The notes beneath the pieces are model-generated. The model saw only the letters and a program-made list of their open reading frames with translations. It had not been told where the DNA came from and did not search any database. Both the position numbers and the translations under genes were made by a program. From assembly GCA_054600435.1 (NCBI GenBank), contig BAAIJX010000028.1, forward strand, positions 1 through 64,000: 64,000 nt of DNA, written 5' to 3'. The stretch's first letter is position 1, and each line of letters opens with the position of its first letter. The DNA comes from Neophaeotheca triangularis. Its lineage: Eukaryota. This document shows, in pieces, positions 47,303 through 59,320 of the stretch.

Positions 47303-48493
47303 GATTACGGTTGGTTGGGCAATGTGTCGGCTGGGAATTGGCTGGTATTGGACGGTGATGAAGGGATGAGGTGATGAGGTGTTGGATTGGTTCAGGTGAA
47401 TGTGATGGATGATGATCAAGGCGGCAATGGTTTGAAAGGGTCGGTTTTGAACAAGGCGACGAATGGGAGGAGTAGTATTGCAGTGGCGGATAGGAGGAAG
47501 AGGAAGCAAGAGAGCAAGGAGATGGCGCAAGGCAGATAAGTATAGTTTTCAAGGCAAGCTAAGGGATGATTCACACACAGCCAGGCACCCAACCTACCTA
47601 CTGTACCTACCGCAGAGTTGGCTTGGATAGAGAGGCAGGCCGCCTACTAGTGCTAGTTGTAGTACTATGGTCATACCTATTACTATGCCCAGGTGTGAAG
47701 AGCAGAGTGTTGCCTGACGAGGCGTGAACTAAGCCTCAACCAGATTAGGTAAGGTAGCGTACTAAAAGAGAAAAAGTGACTAGGTACGTAGGTAAGGTAA
47801 GGTAATGTAAAGACTGTTGCCATTGAAGGGAGAGAAGAAGAAGAGTCAAGGTGTAGTAGTACTTACTGTAGTACGCCATCAGTGTGGGGTGCATGCATTG
47901 TTGCCTGCGAACGTCTCCCGTCGACGTTCAGGTCCAGGTCCAGGTGGCTGTGCAAGTCTACGTAGCGTCCACGTCCGTCGTGGCCATCCATCTTCTTCCC
48001 CCACCCACACTTGCAGTACCAGTACCTCCCCAGTACCAAGTACCTGCTTTACCTACCTACCTACCCAAGCCAAGGTACTCCGAGAACTTGCGGCTGATGA
48101 GAGAGGTGAAGAGGATGGATGAATGGATGGATGGATGACTCCCACCCACCCTTCCCGTCGAGTGTGACTGGCCCGCCAAGCTTGAGTCAGCAGTCCACGG
48201 CTTGGACATTGCAGGTGCCCCAGGTGTATTTTTTGGGCGATGCTCGGGCATTCGCAAGCTCGCGCATTTTAATATTGCAGATGCGGCAATACGTCGTGCC
48301 TGTCCATTATCATCTTGGCAATTAGGCGAGGAGAGGAAAGGAAAGTTTGGACTTGGGATTATCGATAAAATACTCTGCGCTTAACGCGTACCTGGGGTTT
48401 GCAAGGTAGGTAGGTAGTTTACGTTGCCCACCTACCTACCCTACAGTCCCGTTCTGTTCAAACAATTACTCCCCTACCCTACCCTACCCTACC

Positions 48494-50028
48494 CTACCCT
48501 CCCCGACCGGCTAGCGGCCGCGTATCGTCCTGGTGGGACAATTGTTCAAAGCCAAAATCCCACCGACTCGCCCTCTCGACGCCATTGTCGACGGTGATTT
48601 CCTCGCTAACATTGACAGCGCCGAGCTTGCGGCCGTCATCGTCGTCGTCGTCGTCGCGACGTTGATGCCGCGGGAAACCCATTTCCACAGCCTCCCGCTC
48701 CCCCCTGCCGCCCTCAATCGTACACTCGTAAGCAGGCGCGCCCGCGTCATCGGGGAGGTAATCCCAGGTGTTTTTGCTCCGGCGCCGCATCGGTGCCGTT
48801 GCGCGCTCGCCGCCGCCGCCGCCGTCGAGCGAGGGTCTTCTTCTCTGCCGTCTGCTCGCCCCGCACCGGAGGTCGCGCAGCCATTCGAGGTATTTTGCCC
48901 GGTGCTGCGCTGTGGTGCCGAAGAGCAGGAAGCCCAGCAGCGCCGACGTGACGCCGGGGATGAATTGCATGACGTCGCTGACGCCGCCGTCGGCGCTGTA
49001 GTCTGGGCTTTGGGTTCGGGCGAGTTGCTTGCTGCCCGTGTAGCGGACCGCTTGGAAGACGACGATGCAGATCATGAAGATGGAGAGGATGATGAAGGCG
49101 GCGGAGAAGCGGAAGATGATCCATTTGTCGATGCGGATGCGGTTGCGCTGCGGTCGCGTCGACGGTGCCGAGCCCGTGTGCCCTGATGTTCCGTGCGAGC
49201 GCGTCGAGTTTTGGAGGCTGGCGAAGAGTGCTCGGCTGTTGACGTATTTTAGTAGAATTGCCGTCACGCAGATGGTGCCGATGCTGAGGCATGAGAGTAC
49301 TTTTGTACCCGGTTAGCGAGGCTTCCGCGGGATTGCTTGGTCTTGCTTGGGCACTCTTACTTGGTACATTGGTGAGGACGAGGTTGGCGGGAACGTTACG
49401 GTAGACCTCGTCGACGCCTTGCGCGATCCCTAAAGAGATGGCCGGGAAGGTGATGGCGAAAACCCTCGAGCCGATGGAGAAGACTTTCAAACTCTCGTCG
49501 CTTATCGACTTCATTCGTACATTGTGCACGCCTTTCACAAGCGCTATTGCCCTTTTCCATAGTCAGTGCTCGAAGTCTGGCGATATTGGGTGATTTGCCA
49601 TACCAGAATAGAATAAACAGGCTGTTGACGCTGTAGCAATAGAACTGAATCCAATACAAGACCAATTCGATGCCTCTAGATAGCGGTCCATAGCCTATAG
49701 CTGGCTGTTCTATGCTCGCATGCGCCTGTTCCCACCCTTCTCTCGCGCTGTCGGCCCAGTGGGTTACCCAGTATATTTGCTGAATTATCGACCCCAGAGC
49801 ACTGAAGCAGTTGAAGACTGCGATGAAAAAGACATCTGCCCGAGACTTGTTAGCGGAATGAAAGCCGTGTTTGCCAGGTAAATCCAACATACAGTTCCAT
49901 CTTTCGCGACTGACCCAGATTGCCGCAGATAGTAACACAGTCGAGGCCAAGCATACGAAAGAGTAAATGAGCACGCCAACAGATGCTCCCACGACCGCTG
50001 ACGGTACGGTCGTAGGCTGGTCAGCCAT
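48494..50028 (-). CDS. Multi-pass (about 7 TM) membrane protein, possibly GPCR-like, 4 exons
   Basis: About seven hydrophobic segments after removing three GT-AG introns; basic loop before the sixth segment; long hydrophilic C-tail. Confidence 0.7.
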
Positions 50029-50425
50029 GGCTGGTGCAGCCCCAGAATGATCGTCGACGGAGATGACGGATCCAGACCAAAATCCTCGTCTACGAGGAAA
50101 AAAAGCAGTACACCGTGCGCCGAATAACCAGGCGTAGATCCCCTGCGTTGGAACAATCAAAAGCGAAAGTCGACGAAAAGTGAAAGGAAATGGTATAAGG
50201 AGAGAGCTCTCCCCTGGTTTTTGCTTACCTTCAGCAGCGACCACCACGAAGACAGAGTGACGCGCACCCGCCACTCTTCGTACTGCCGGGAGACGTTTGG
50301 AGATTATCCTCAAGGCCCACAACTGGCTCGTCAGAGGACGAAGAAGTCATGTCGCAGGAATTTGCCGTTGGTTTCATTCGCGTCCAATTGTTGTGCTGGC
50401 GCGCTCTACTGGGAGATTTACAGGC

Positions 50426-50526
50426 AGACCGGGCACTTGGATCCGCTAAGGGTAGCGGCCTGACCATGTCAGGGCGATCCTGAATCGCTGACCGAGTTCG
50501 AGTCCGGTTTTGACATGCAAGCATGT
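50426..50526 (+). ncRNA. Candidate structured element (multibranch fold with B-box-like GTTCGAGTCC followed by TTTT)
   Basis: Abutting hairpins and a closing stem found by eye; family not recognised. Confidence 0.3.
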
Positions 50527-51414
50527 GAAGAGGGTGATGCAATTGCTCACGCAAAATCAACACAAGTCAAAGCACGGGCACTTGTTTGATACATTTTGTA
50601 AGAGGCCTTCACGTCTTTTCCCCCGTGCAATCAGGCTTGTAATAAAGTAGCTGTAGAGGAAGATCCTGGGGCACTGGCCTGCAGACTTGAAGTGCAGACT
50701 CCGTAACTGGGAGAATTGCTTGTCCCACGAATCGTGACACGACCCACGCGTCACTTAAAAAGTCGTTGTCATCTTATTTAGAACCTGCACCGCACCGTTG
50801 CTGCGCAGTCGGCGCCGGTAATCGCGGTTGAATAGCCTTGGGAAGTCCCACAAGCTTTGGGCGACAGTGGCGTTTGCATTAATAGGAGTGTCGAAGCGTC
50901 TGTCAGATGAGTCCTGTCACGGGCGGTCCAGCATTGGCCACGGGGAAAGTAGCAGGATAGCATGTTTCAGAAATTCCTGAGTAGTAGGAGGTAGTCCGCC
51001 TCACGAATCGTGTTTTCGAGCCGTCGGTGTGTGTCCGCAAAACCCTGTTGAGAGTACCGAAAGTTTGACAAGAGCCGGACGTTTTCGGGCCGTCGATACT
51101 GCCGGAAGATATTCCATAAGAAAGGTACCCAGATTGACGCAGTCGATCTCTGACCGTCTTACTACCTAGGTATGCCAGTCGCAGCCTCGTGTTCAGCTTG
51201 CTCGAATGTCATGATATCATTTCCTTTGGAAGAGAGATGAGGTTTAAGTTGGCGACGGCACTACGGGACTGGAGCACATTTCTGCCGGAGAACTGCCGAC
51301 TCAATACGCCTCTTTAATGGCATGGCATAGAAAGGGGCAAGTCTACCGTATACTAACTTAGGTATCATTACCACACAAAAGAAGGGCTCAAGTCTTTCGA
51401 TAAGAATGCGCCCT

Positions 51415-52420
51415 TCAATATACTCCGGGGAGCTGAGAGATCCTCCCACCATCCATGACCAGCACGTTTCCATTGACATACGAAGCTGCCCGACTCGCCA
51501 GGTACAGCACCGTTCCCCCTACATCCTCGCCGGAACCTAGCCTCTGAGCTGGGATGAAGCTCTTATCAAAAGCGCCTTCTTTGACAGACTCCTCTTCACT
51601 TACGCCGGCACCAGCTATCAGACCGGCAGCCAGCTCGCTCGGAAACAACCCCGGCGCTATACCATTCACACGGATGCTATACGGCACAAGCGTACCCGAA
51701 AGGTGCTTGACTAGGTGCGTGGCAGCTGCTTTCGAAGCTCCGTAAGCCCTGATACAAAGCTGTCAGAACGTGCAAGTACAAAGTCTAAATCGATGCCATC
51801 ACTTACATGTTGGAGCCGGGGTTCCGCAGGTAGCCGGCTATGGAGCTCGTGACGAGAACCTGGCTCTTCTGAATAGTATTCGCCTTGCGGTTCCCAGCAT
51901 CAAGCAGCGTCAAAAAGGCAAACGCCGTGAGTGGAATGCTCTTCGTGTTGGTGCTAAACGCCGAATCCCAAGGCTCCGAGCCCAGATCCAGTGCAGCTTG
52001 CGCGTACGCTTCTACAGACGCTTCTTTCGGATTCGCGGGTATAGGTGTGGGCATCACGCCGGAGTTGCAGCACAGTAAATTGATGTAGCCGACCTCCTGA
52101 CGTATCTGATTTGCTGCAGCGCATAGCGAGTCTTTTGAGGTCACGTCCGCGACTATGCCTACCACCTTGCCATCTTTTGATGTACTCGCTACCGCTTCGT
52201 CTAGCTTCTCTTTCCGCCTGCCCAGGATGTATACTTTTGCGGCGCCGGCGTTCGCAAAGGCGGTCGTCATCATCAATCCTATGCCTGCGGTGGGGGAGCA
52301 GTCAGCCTTTGCGCTCTGTACTGCAACGGGGCTGTCTAATACCTTACCCGTCGCTCCCCCGGTTATCACTATCACCATTCCCTCAACGCTGAATAGCTTC
52401 GCGGGATCGGTAGACGCCAT
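51415..52420 (-). CDS. Short-chain dehydrogenase/reductase; exons 52420-52348, 52284-51807, 51748-51415
   Basis: TGGATGIG, catalytic YGASK, IRVNGIAPGLFPS, YVNGNVLVMDGG. Confidence 0.92.
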
Positions 52421-53197
52421 TGTCGTGGCTGTCCGTCGGTCGCTAGCTGCTGACAGGCCTCTTGTTCGTTCGTTCGACACCGTCAACTTCGACAACTCAA
52501 TCTCACCCTATCCCGTTTCGAGAAATTCCGACTGCTCTTCGTAAACTTTGAAGCGCTGCCATCTCGTCGAATTTACGGAGCTGGGTGACGATAAAAAGCA
52601 CCGTTGTCGGCGTTTGGTCTTGATGTAATGATCAACTGCGCAATGCGTTCGGATTCGGCCGAGCGTCGCGCGACGTGAATACCCGATTGCCGGATACAAT
52701 GCGAGTTCATTCAATCAACATATGCCCCCTACGACCTCAGTAATCCCGAGCCATAGAATTGGGCTCGATAAAAGAAGCGCCTTTGGACTGTGTTCAAGCC
52801 TAAAATCTTGGGGTATCACAAGTCACATACATCTCTTACACACTGAACGCTTCTCAGTCGATACCATTCTTCCACACAAGCCAGCTCGTCCTTTCACCCC
52901 CGAAAATACTCGAAAACACTGTGGCTCCGGCCGGTCAAGTTCAGCAACAGTCCCTCCAAATCCAGGCATTCGGCGTCCTCAACAGGCGAGCAACGACTGT
53001 GCGTCGAGCTTGTAGACTCCTCCACGGGTCTGAGGCTTCTGCAAGGCATTTAACGCAGTACGTTCTGTCGGTTGAGGACTTCTTTGATCACGCCTTGAAA
53101 TTACAGTGCCGGTCGACTACGAATCCAATTGAACACCGGACGCAGTCATTATTCTCTCCACCACCGCATCGTTCCGGCTTCCCTTCTTTGACTGAAG

Positions 53198-54232
53198 TCA
53201 TCGGCCTCTTGGATCACTACCAGGCAGCTCGGACGGATCTCTATTCGAGTCAATCTCAAAGGGCCCGCTTGCAGATTGCGATCCCTTCGCCTCCTGATTC
53301 CACTGCCCTGCCAGCTCGTAGCCTTCAAATTGGCCACTAGCATCGGCTTGTTTTTGGTATGACGGATGGCGGTGAGGTGTGAGAGGCGGCTGGCGAGATG
53401 AGTATCGACGGCGGATGAAGAAGATGCCGAGGGCAGTTAGGCACAGTAGGAAGACACCGCCCAAGACACCGCCGACTATGGGGCCCACTGCTACTGGATC
53501 GCTCGACTCTGGCGATGAAGTCGTGCTGTTGGTTTCTGAAAGCGCTCCAGTTGATGATCTCGTGTTGGACATCGACGTGGTTGTCGCGTACGTCTCCGTC
53601 GCTGACTCGACAGGTGAGGTGGTGCTAGGTAGTATCTCTGCCGTCGAGGAGCCAGTCGTCGCAGAGGTCGTAACCGGGGCCGAAGAGGTTGTTGTCGCCG
53701 GGACTGAAGGAGGGTTTGCGTAAATGGTTTGCAGTACTGGATTGTTGCCGCACGCGATGTATTCCCAAGAACGGCCGAAGTTGTTGTCCGAGATGACCGT
53801 CGAGCAGTACTGATCCGCATCACTTGTATTCATCGACGAGGTTAGCAGCAACTTTGGGAATGCTTCGAGCAATAATACCTGGTGCCTACCAAGTAAAGGT
53901 TGTGATGTCCGTCCGACTTGGATACGGTCCACAACCATCGGAACAGATGTGACTATCGATGCAGTATCCTGCAATGCCACAGTCACTCGCTATATCGACT
54001 GTTGTTGGGCAGAACGCCCAGATGCTATTATTGACGTCCACTCGACAGTCATGGCCCGGAGCGGCACGTCTCGGTTCACCATCGGGGTTGTAGCCGCAAA
54101 TCGACATGTCGATGAGGAATTGGTGCGTACAAAGGATAATTCACGCACGCTTCGGACTGTAAGCGTTGATTTGAGCCTTGAAGTGATGGACGAAAGTTCA
54201 ACGAGGAGGTGAAGGACGTAAGTTGGGATCAT
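53198..54232 (-). pseudogene. Cys-rich ectodomain + Ser/Thr stalk + single TM protein, apparently frameshifted near 54100-54113 (alternatively an intact gene starting at ATG 54107)
   Basis: CGY...DCRVD...FCPTTV...DCGIAGYCID, intron GTAGGC...GCTAAC...AAG, IVGGVLGGVFLL TM followed by RRR; the putative leader lies in another frame. Confidence 0.55.
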
Positions 54233-54920
54233 CCCTGAAGGCCTGCTCGGATGGCTAGCGCTGTGTATGCTATTGTATTCAGAAAGGAGACATGGCATTC
54301 TATTTACACTACATACTCTACATGTGTACATCAGGGGCGAGAACATGCTCGAGCCTCGCTGGCGATGCAGTGTCGGCACCTCAGATTGATGACAATCAGC
54401 AATGTCGAGCGGAATTTGCTGAGAATTCAAGGATACGAGATACAACCAGACAGCCAGTGAGAAGTGAGACCGGAGCGATTCGTTCTTGGATCTTGTCGTG
54501 CGGCCCTCTCTAGCCGACACCATTCTGGGAGTGTGTGGAGGAGGAGGCGCTGCGGCACAGCAAACGTAGGCAGATGGCTCGCTTCGCGTAGACGCAAGCG
54601 CTTCTGGTGGCTCGTGCAATGCCTGCGAGCTGCCCTTGGCAATTCCTACACCTCACATAGATGCGCAGATGGCTACATTATCGTCGCTGCAATCCTTTCC
54701 GTCTCAACATTCCCAAATCCTTCGAGCTCGGCTGGGTTAATCCATACGGCGCGTAGCTGAGCATTGTACGGACCAGAGTGGATTGTCGGCAATCTCGACA
54801 GCGCCGGACGAAACCCTTCAGCCTATTTGTTCTTCTCGCAGTCCTTTTGGTACAATAGTGCTATCCTGAAAGAATACAGCTTCATCTTTACAAGCAGCTT
54901 TTGGTCTGATGGTCTCGTGG

Positions 54921-56089
54921 ATGATGTTGTCGCAATGGTGAGTGTTCCAGTGAGCTGTCTGGTTTAAATCTTTAGAGTTCACTAGCAGACCTCTGGTCAA
55001 AGCTAATCTCAGCCTGCCAGGACAACTAAAAGACGCTCTCTCGTGGCCGCCTTCTTCGTTACCTTCGTACTGGCCGTTTACATACTGCACCCGCCAGTAC
55101 TTGGCTCTTCAGTGACGCCTCCAGCTGCCCTTGTCGGATCGGTACCTGGGACAGCGGCCAAACCGACACCGGAGCAGGTGTCTGATGAAACCCCTCCCCC
55201 GCCGCCGCCTTCTTCATCTCCTCCACTTTCACAACCACCACCGCGATGCCCCGTGACGAAAGTTTCCATGCTCTATGGGGCTCACAAGTTCCAGCAACTA
55301 GAGGAAGCTTTGGAATCGCACCGGAGGCATTGCACTCGTTGGGGATGCCAATTTGAAAACCTAGACCGTGACCTTGCTGCGACCCGCAAGCTGTTCAGCA
55401 AACAGTACTTCCTGCTCTCGACTTTGTTACAGCAGTTGGCCAAGCCAGAGGAGGAACGACAGGAATGGCTCCTGTAAGTCGATGCTTTTCTGGAAGATGT
55501 TTCATTGCAGTTTGAAAATTGACGTGATCGCTTGGTTATCAGTTGGGTAGATGCAGATTCTATCGTCATCAATCCGGCAATATCCCCGTGCGTCTTTCTG
55601 CCTCCAAGAGAAATGGATCACATCTACGCTCTTGTGACAGCGGACCACAACGGACTCAACGATGGTGTCTTTTACCTCAAAGTTTGCGCAGAGTCCCTAG
55701 ATTTCCTCACGCAGGTTTTGACTTATACGGACTTACACCCTGAAGCCGACCTTGGCTGGTTCGGAGAGCAGGCGGCTATGTCTCGTACTATCAAGACCAT
55801 TGAAGCGAAGCACAAGGACCCTACCGATCCCTCCGGTATCGCCTGGATTCCCCGTACTTGGATCAATCACTACGAGTTCGAGCACGGTTTTGAAGGAGAG
55901 CCTGGTAGCTTTATGGTACATTTTGCCGGTCTGGGTGCCACTCGCCTTACGCACATGCAGAACTGGCTGAACGAGCTGCGATATAACCAGGCAAAGTGGG
56001 AAATTCCGGTTGAGGAGACTGTGTACAAGGATGAGATAGCGGCATTCTGGAAGGAGTATGCTGCTAACATGACTGGAAGAGCTGGATGA
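54921..56089 (+). CDS. GT34 glycosyltransferase (Mnn10/Gma12-like), type II membrane protein, 3 exons
   Basis: N-terminal TM, Pro-rich stem, EWLLWVDAD (DxD), DHNGLNDGVF, EQAAM, VHFAG. First exon is ambiguous (ATG 54921 with acceptor 55020, or ATG 54935 with acceptor 55012). Confidence 0.9.
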
Positions 56090-56591
56090 ATCTTTTCGAG
56101 CCTGCTTAGTATACCCTAAAGCGTGTGTGATTGCACATGTTCAACGAAAAATTGCATGCTTCGAGTTGGACACGAGGACTCTGTGCAGTCGTGGGAACGT
56201 TTTAATCTCTTTCTCTCTCGGTCTCCCATATACCGCTTCTGGAACAGCATAGATCGGCATCCTTCGAGGGAGAGACAAAAGCACCCGATTGGCACGTGTT
56301 TGCATTTCTGGCCCGCCCAAAATGCATTACTTGATGCATGTAGAGCATACGCAGGCTCTTTATCATGGGTAACTCACTGTGTCTCAGAAGCGCCTTCGGG
56401 CTTTTTACTGTGAGTATGGCATTACCCGCGCAGTGGCTCCAATCTCAAGCGCCAGCTGGAAACATAACGGCAACTACTTGTGGCCAGGCCAGTCTTTCGA
56501 ATGTCCCCAAATTATTAGCAGCTATTGAATAATATACTCACACAGCTCCGACGTCTACCTACAGCACACCCTTTGAGCTCAGCTGATGGAG

Positions 56592-58419
56592 CTACTTCAG
56601 CTTGCTGTGCATCAACGATCCACTTCGATCTGGATGATGACCAGGAAGCTCATAGATCTCTCGTCTGCCTTCGCCCAATTCCATCAGCCAAGGCCTTGAA
56701 TCTGCTTCTTGCGGATCCCGAACAGCCGACACTTCCACCATCCCATGTGCTTTGAGCTCTTGGGCGTCAGCATCTTTCCAACCGTCACTTTGGAGCGGCC
56801 CATCTTCACTACCTCCTGCATGATCCTCGCATCGCTGAGCTTTGTCCCGGCCAGACTCTTTGCGCCTCTTCCACCGTCTGCACGCAACGAAGATTACAGC
56901 CGCCATGAGCAGCGCGCCCACTGCACCACCTACAGCAGCTCCAGCAATCGTGCCTGCGGGCATCGAGGAATTGTTGCCACCCGCAGCATCTCCACTGGCT
57001 TCGACCGTCGAGGCGGCATCATCATTGGAATTCGTTCCCGCGGCTGTCTCGGGAGTTGTCGGGCTGTCGCAATCACCTCTCACGGTTACTAGTTCAGATG
57101 TTTCCGTAGGCTCTGCCTCCCAAAGAGTCCATGTGCCTTCGTCGTAGTTGACTAGAAGATAGCATGAGGACATGAATGGCCGGCCTAGCAACGGAAGATT
57201 AGCGGCAGCGTTGTTGAGTGGATATATCAGGACCTGGCTGGCAGAATTGTTCGAGGTCACGTAGCCATCTGTATCAATGTAGCGATCCGGCGTGACCAGG
57301 AGGTCATTCGAGACGGTGACTGTGAGTTCCCTTCCCGTCCCTAATACAATGCTCATGTCGCCTTGGAATCTAACCAACGTCCGTCAGTCGCGATGACAAC
57401 AACGCAGGATTTGATTACTACTTACACTTCATCCGGGCGGTACAGCATGGAGTCATAATCTACTCCTTATGACCTTCCATACGTCGAGCTATCGGTATCG
57501 CGCTCAAAGTTCTCATAATACGGCTGCGTGTTCATTGCTATGGTGCCGGGGAAATCGATGCGTATACAGGTCGCCATGGCGGAAGACATAACACTCGACT
57601 CCGTGCCGTTGGGAAATGCGAGTTGTATCTCACTGATGGTGAGCAGTATGCCGGACGGGCACTGCGAGCTGGGCGCAACCAAGTTTGTTGTCAGATTCGG
57701 ACCACTCGTTTTCGCAGCATCGTACCCGCCGAAAACGATGCCTCCATCCATCTGACTATTCTCGGTAGCGCCATGGAGTCCCCACCAGAACCCGAAAGAG
57801 CGCGTCTCTATGTGCCCGGCATCTCTGAGAGCAGTCAAGATCGTCGAGTTGAATCCCAGCCCGACAATGCCCTGTGGGTATTTCACGCCGCCCACGGCGA
57901 ACTGCGGCATCCCGATTGGGTAGTCTTCGAGCAGAATGTCGCCGACTGCAAAGCTGTCGGCGCCTAGGCTGCCCTCCGGATTGTACAAGGCACGCTCCCT
58001 GTTGGGATCACTTTCGCTAGCTACTGCATCGACGAGATTGTCTCGTGACTCAAAGGTTGAGGACTCGCTGGGATCGAAGAGGCCGCCTCGAATTGTGATG
58101 CATCTCGTGGTGGAGAAGCCTTCTGGACATGTCGTGTCCGCAGCGGAGGTATTGTACACCCAGGTACTGTTCAAGAAACTACATCGGCAAGAGTCAGAGG
58201 TGTAGAGGCTGAGTGATGGTTTAAGAATGTCGCGCACTGGCCTGGGAGGAACGAAACGTTCTGTGCTGGTGTCCCGAGAGGCATGTACAAGCCACGCCTC
58301 GAATTCCCATTGCTCAACTCGACGTTCGTGATGGGAGCGAAGGATAGGTCGGGTGCTGGACATGTTACGGCGGCTGCTGACTGCGCAGTTGCGAGATATA
58401 CGAGCAGCGAAGCAGCCAT
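56592..58419 (-). pseudogene. Pepsin-fold (A1-like) membrane-anchored protein lacking DTG motifs, with in-frame TAA at 57467-57469; exons 58419-58238, 58178-57426, 57369-56592
   Basis: Signal peptide, LGTPAQ, GLFDPSESSTF, GIVGLG, GGIVFGGYDAAK, LLGRPFMSSCYLLVNYD, TM AGAAVGGAVG; the stop lies 13 codons before a consensus GTAAGT donor. Confidence 0.75.
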
Positions 58420-59320
58420 CTCGGACTCAATGGCGGAAATTGTAAGATGAAGTCGAGACAACTCCCCACTCGAGTCTGAGTAGGTCAGACATGTGAGGAA
58501 CATTCATCGTTTTTGGGGGGGCAGAGGCTAGATCGTCAAGTAGGAGCTGCATAGAGTAAGCCGCATAAGATAAGGCTGTGAATCCCAAGCCCTCTAATCG
58601 TAGGTCGCTAAGCGATGACAATGAATGGTAGATCTTCCGGCTGGCCCTCAAGATCAATAATTGCTGTAAAGAGCGAACTCAACTTTTGGTGTAATCGCTA
58701 TGGTGATGGCTCGAGGCACTAGGATCCTGTGGTGTTCTGCGACTGATTTTATCCGCAGACTTTTGACCGAACAAGGCTGTACGATCGAAGGCTCTTCCCA
58801 ATCCTTCTGTCGCACAGCCTGCGGATCGGCATGTTCGTGAAAGGTCTGGCCTTACAAACCCTGCTGATGTGTGAGCACATCGAGGCTGAAAGCCATGTGC
58901 CACGCCCTAACGCTTGTCGGCTAATCACCAAGCGATCAGCTATCGAATGAACAATGGGTGGTGTATATATAAATGAGGGGTCAAAGGATCAACAGGGCTT
59001 CATTTTCCGAATAGCTTGACGGCCAGCAGCACGTGCTGGAAAAGTACCAAGCTCTTGATGACCAGGCCTTCATGACCGGACTTTCTTTTCGAGCCTCATG
59101 AGAACGCTTTTGACAGTTTACTGGGGAAGATGAAGTGACGAAGGGTATGTTACAAAATTACGAGACGAGTGCCATCGTCTAACCCTTGCACCCGTCTAAG
59201 AGAGCAAAGACCAAAACTATTTACAAGGAAATTATCGAACTACGAAGAACTGTAAAAAGGTTGAGAGCGAGAACGAGTGCCGGGCGTGTGCTGTACGCAA
59301 CTCTCAAAAGCCGTCAGCGC

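Noticed and set aside
50280..50345. Hammerhead ribozyme (CTGACGAG on the minus strand)
   Set aside because: No stem II followed by GAAA
50465..50517. Canonical tRNA-Gln(CTG)
   Set aside because: No D-arm or A-box at the correct spacing and the T-stem is bulged; kept only as a candidate structured element
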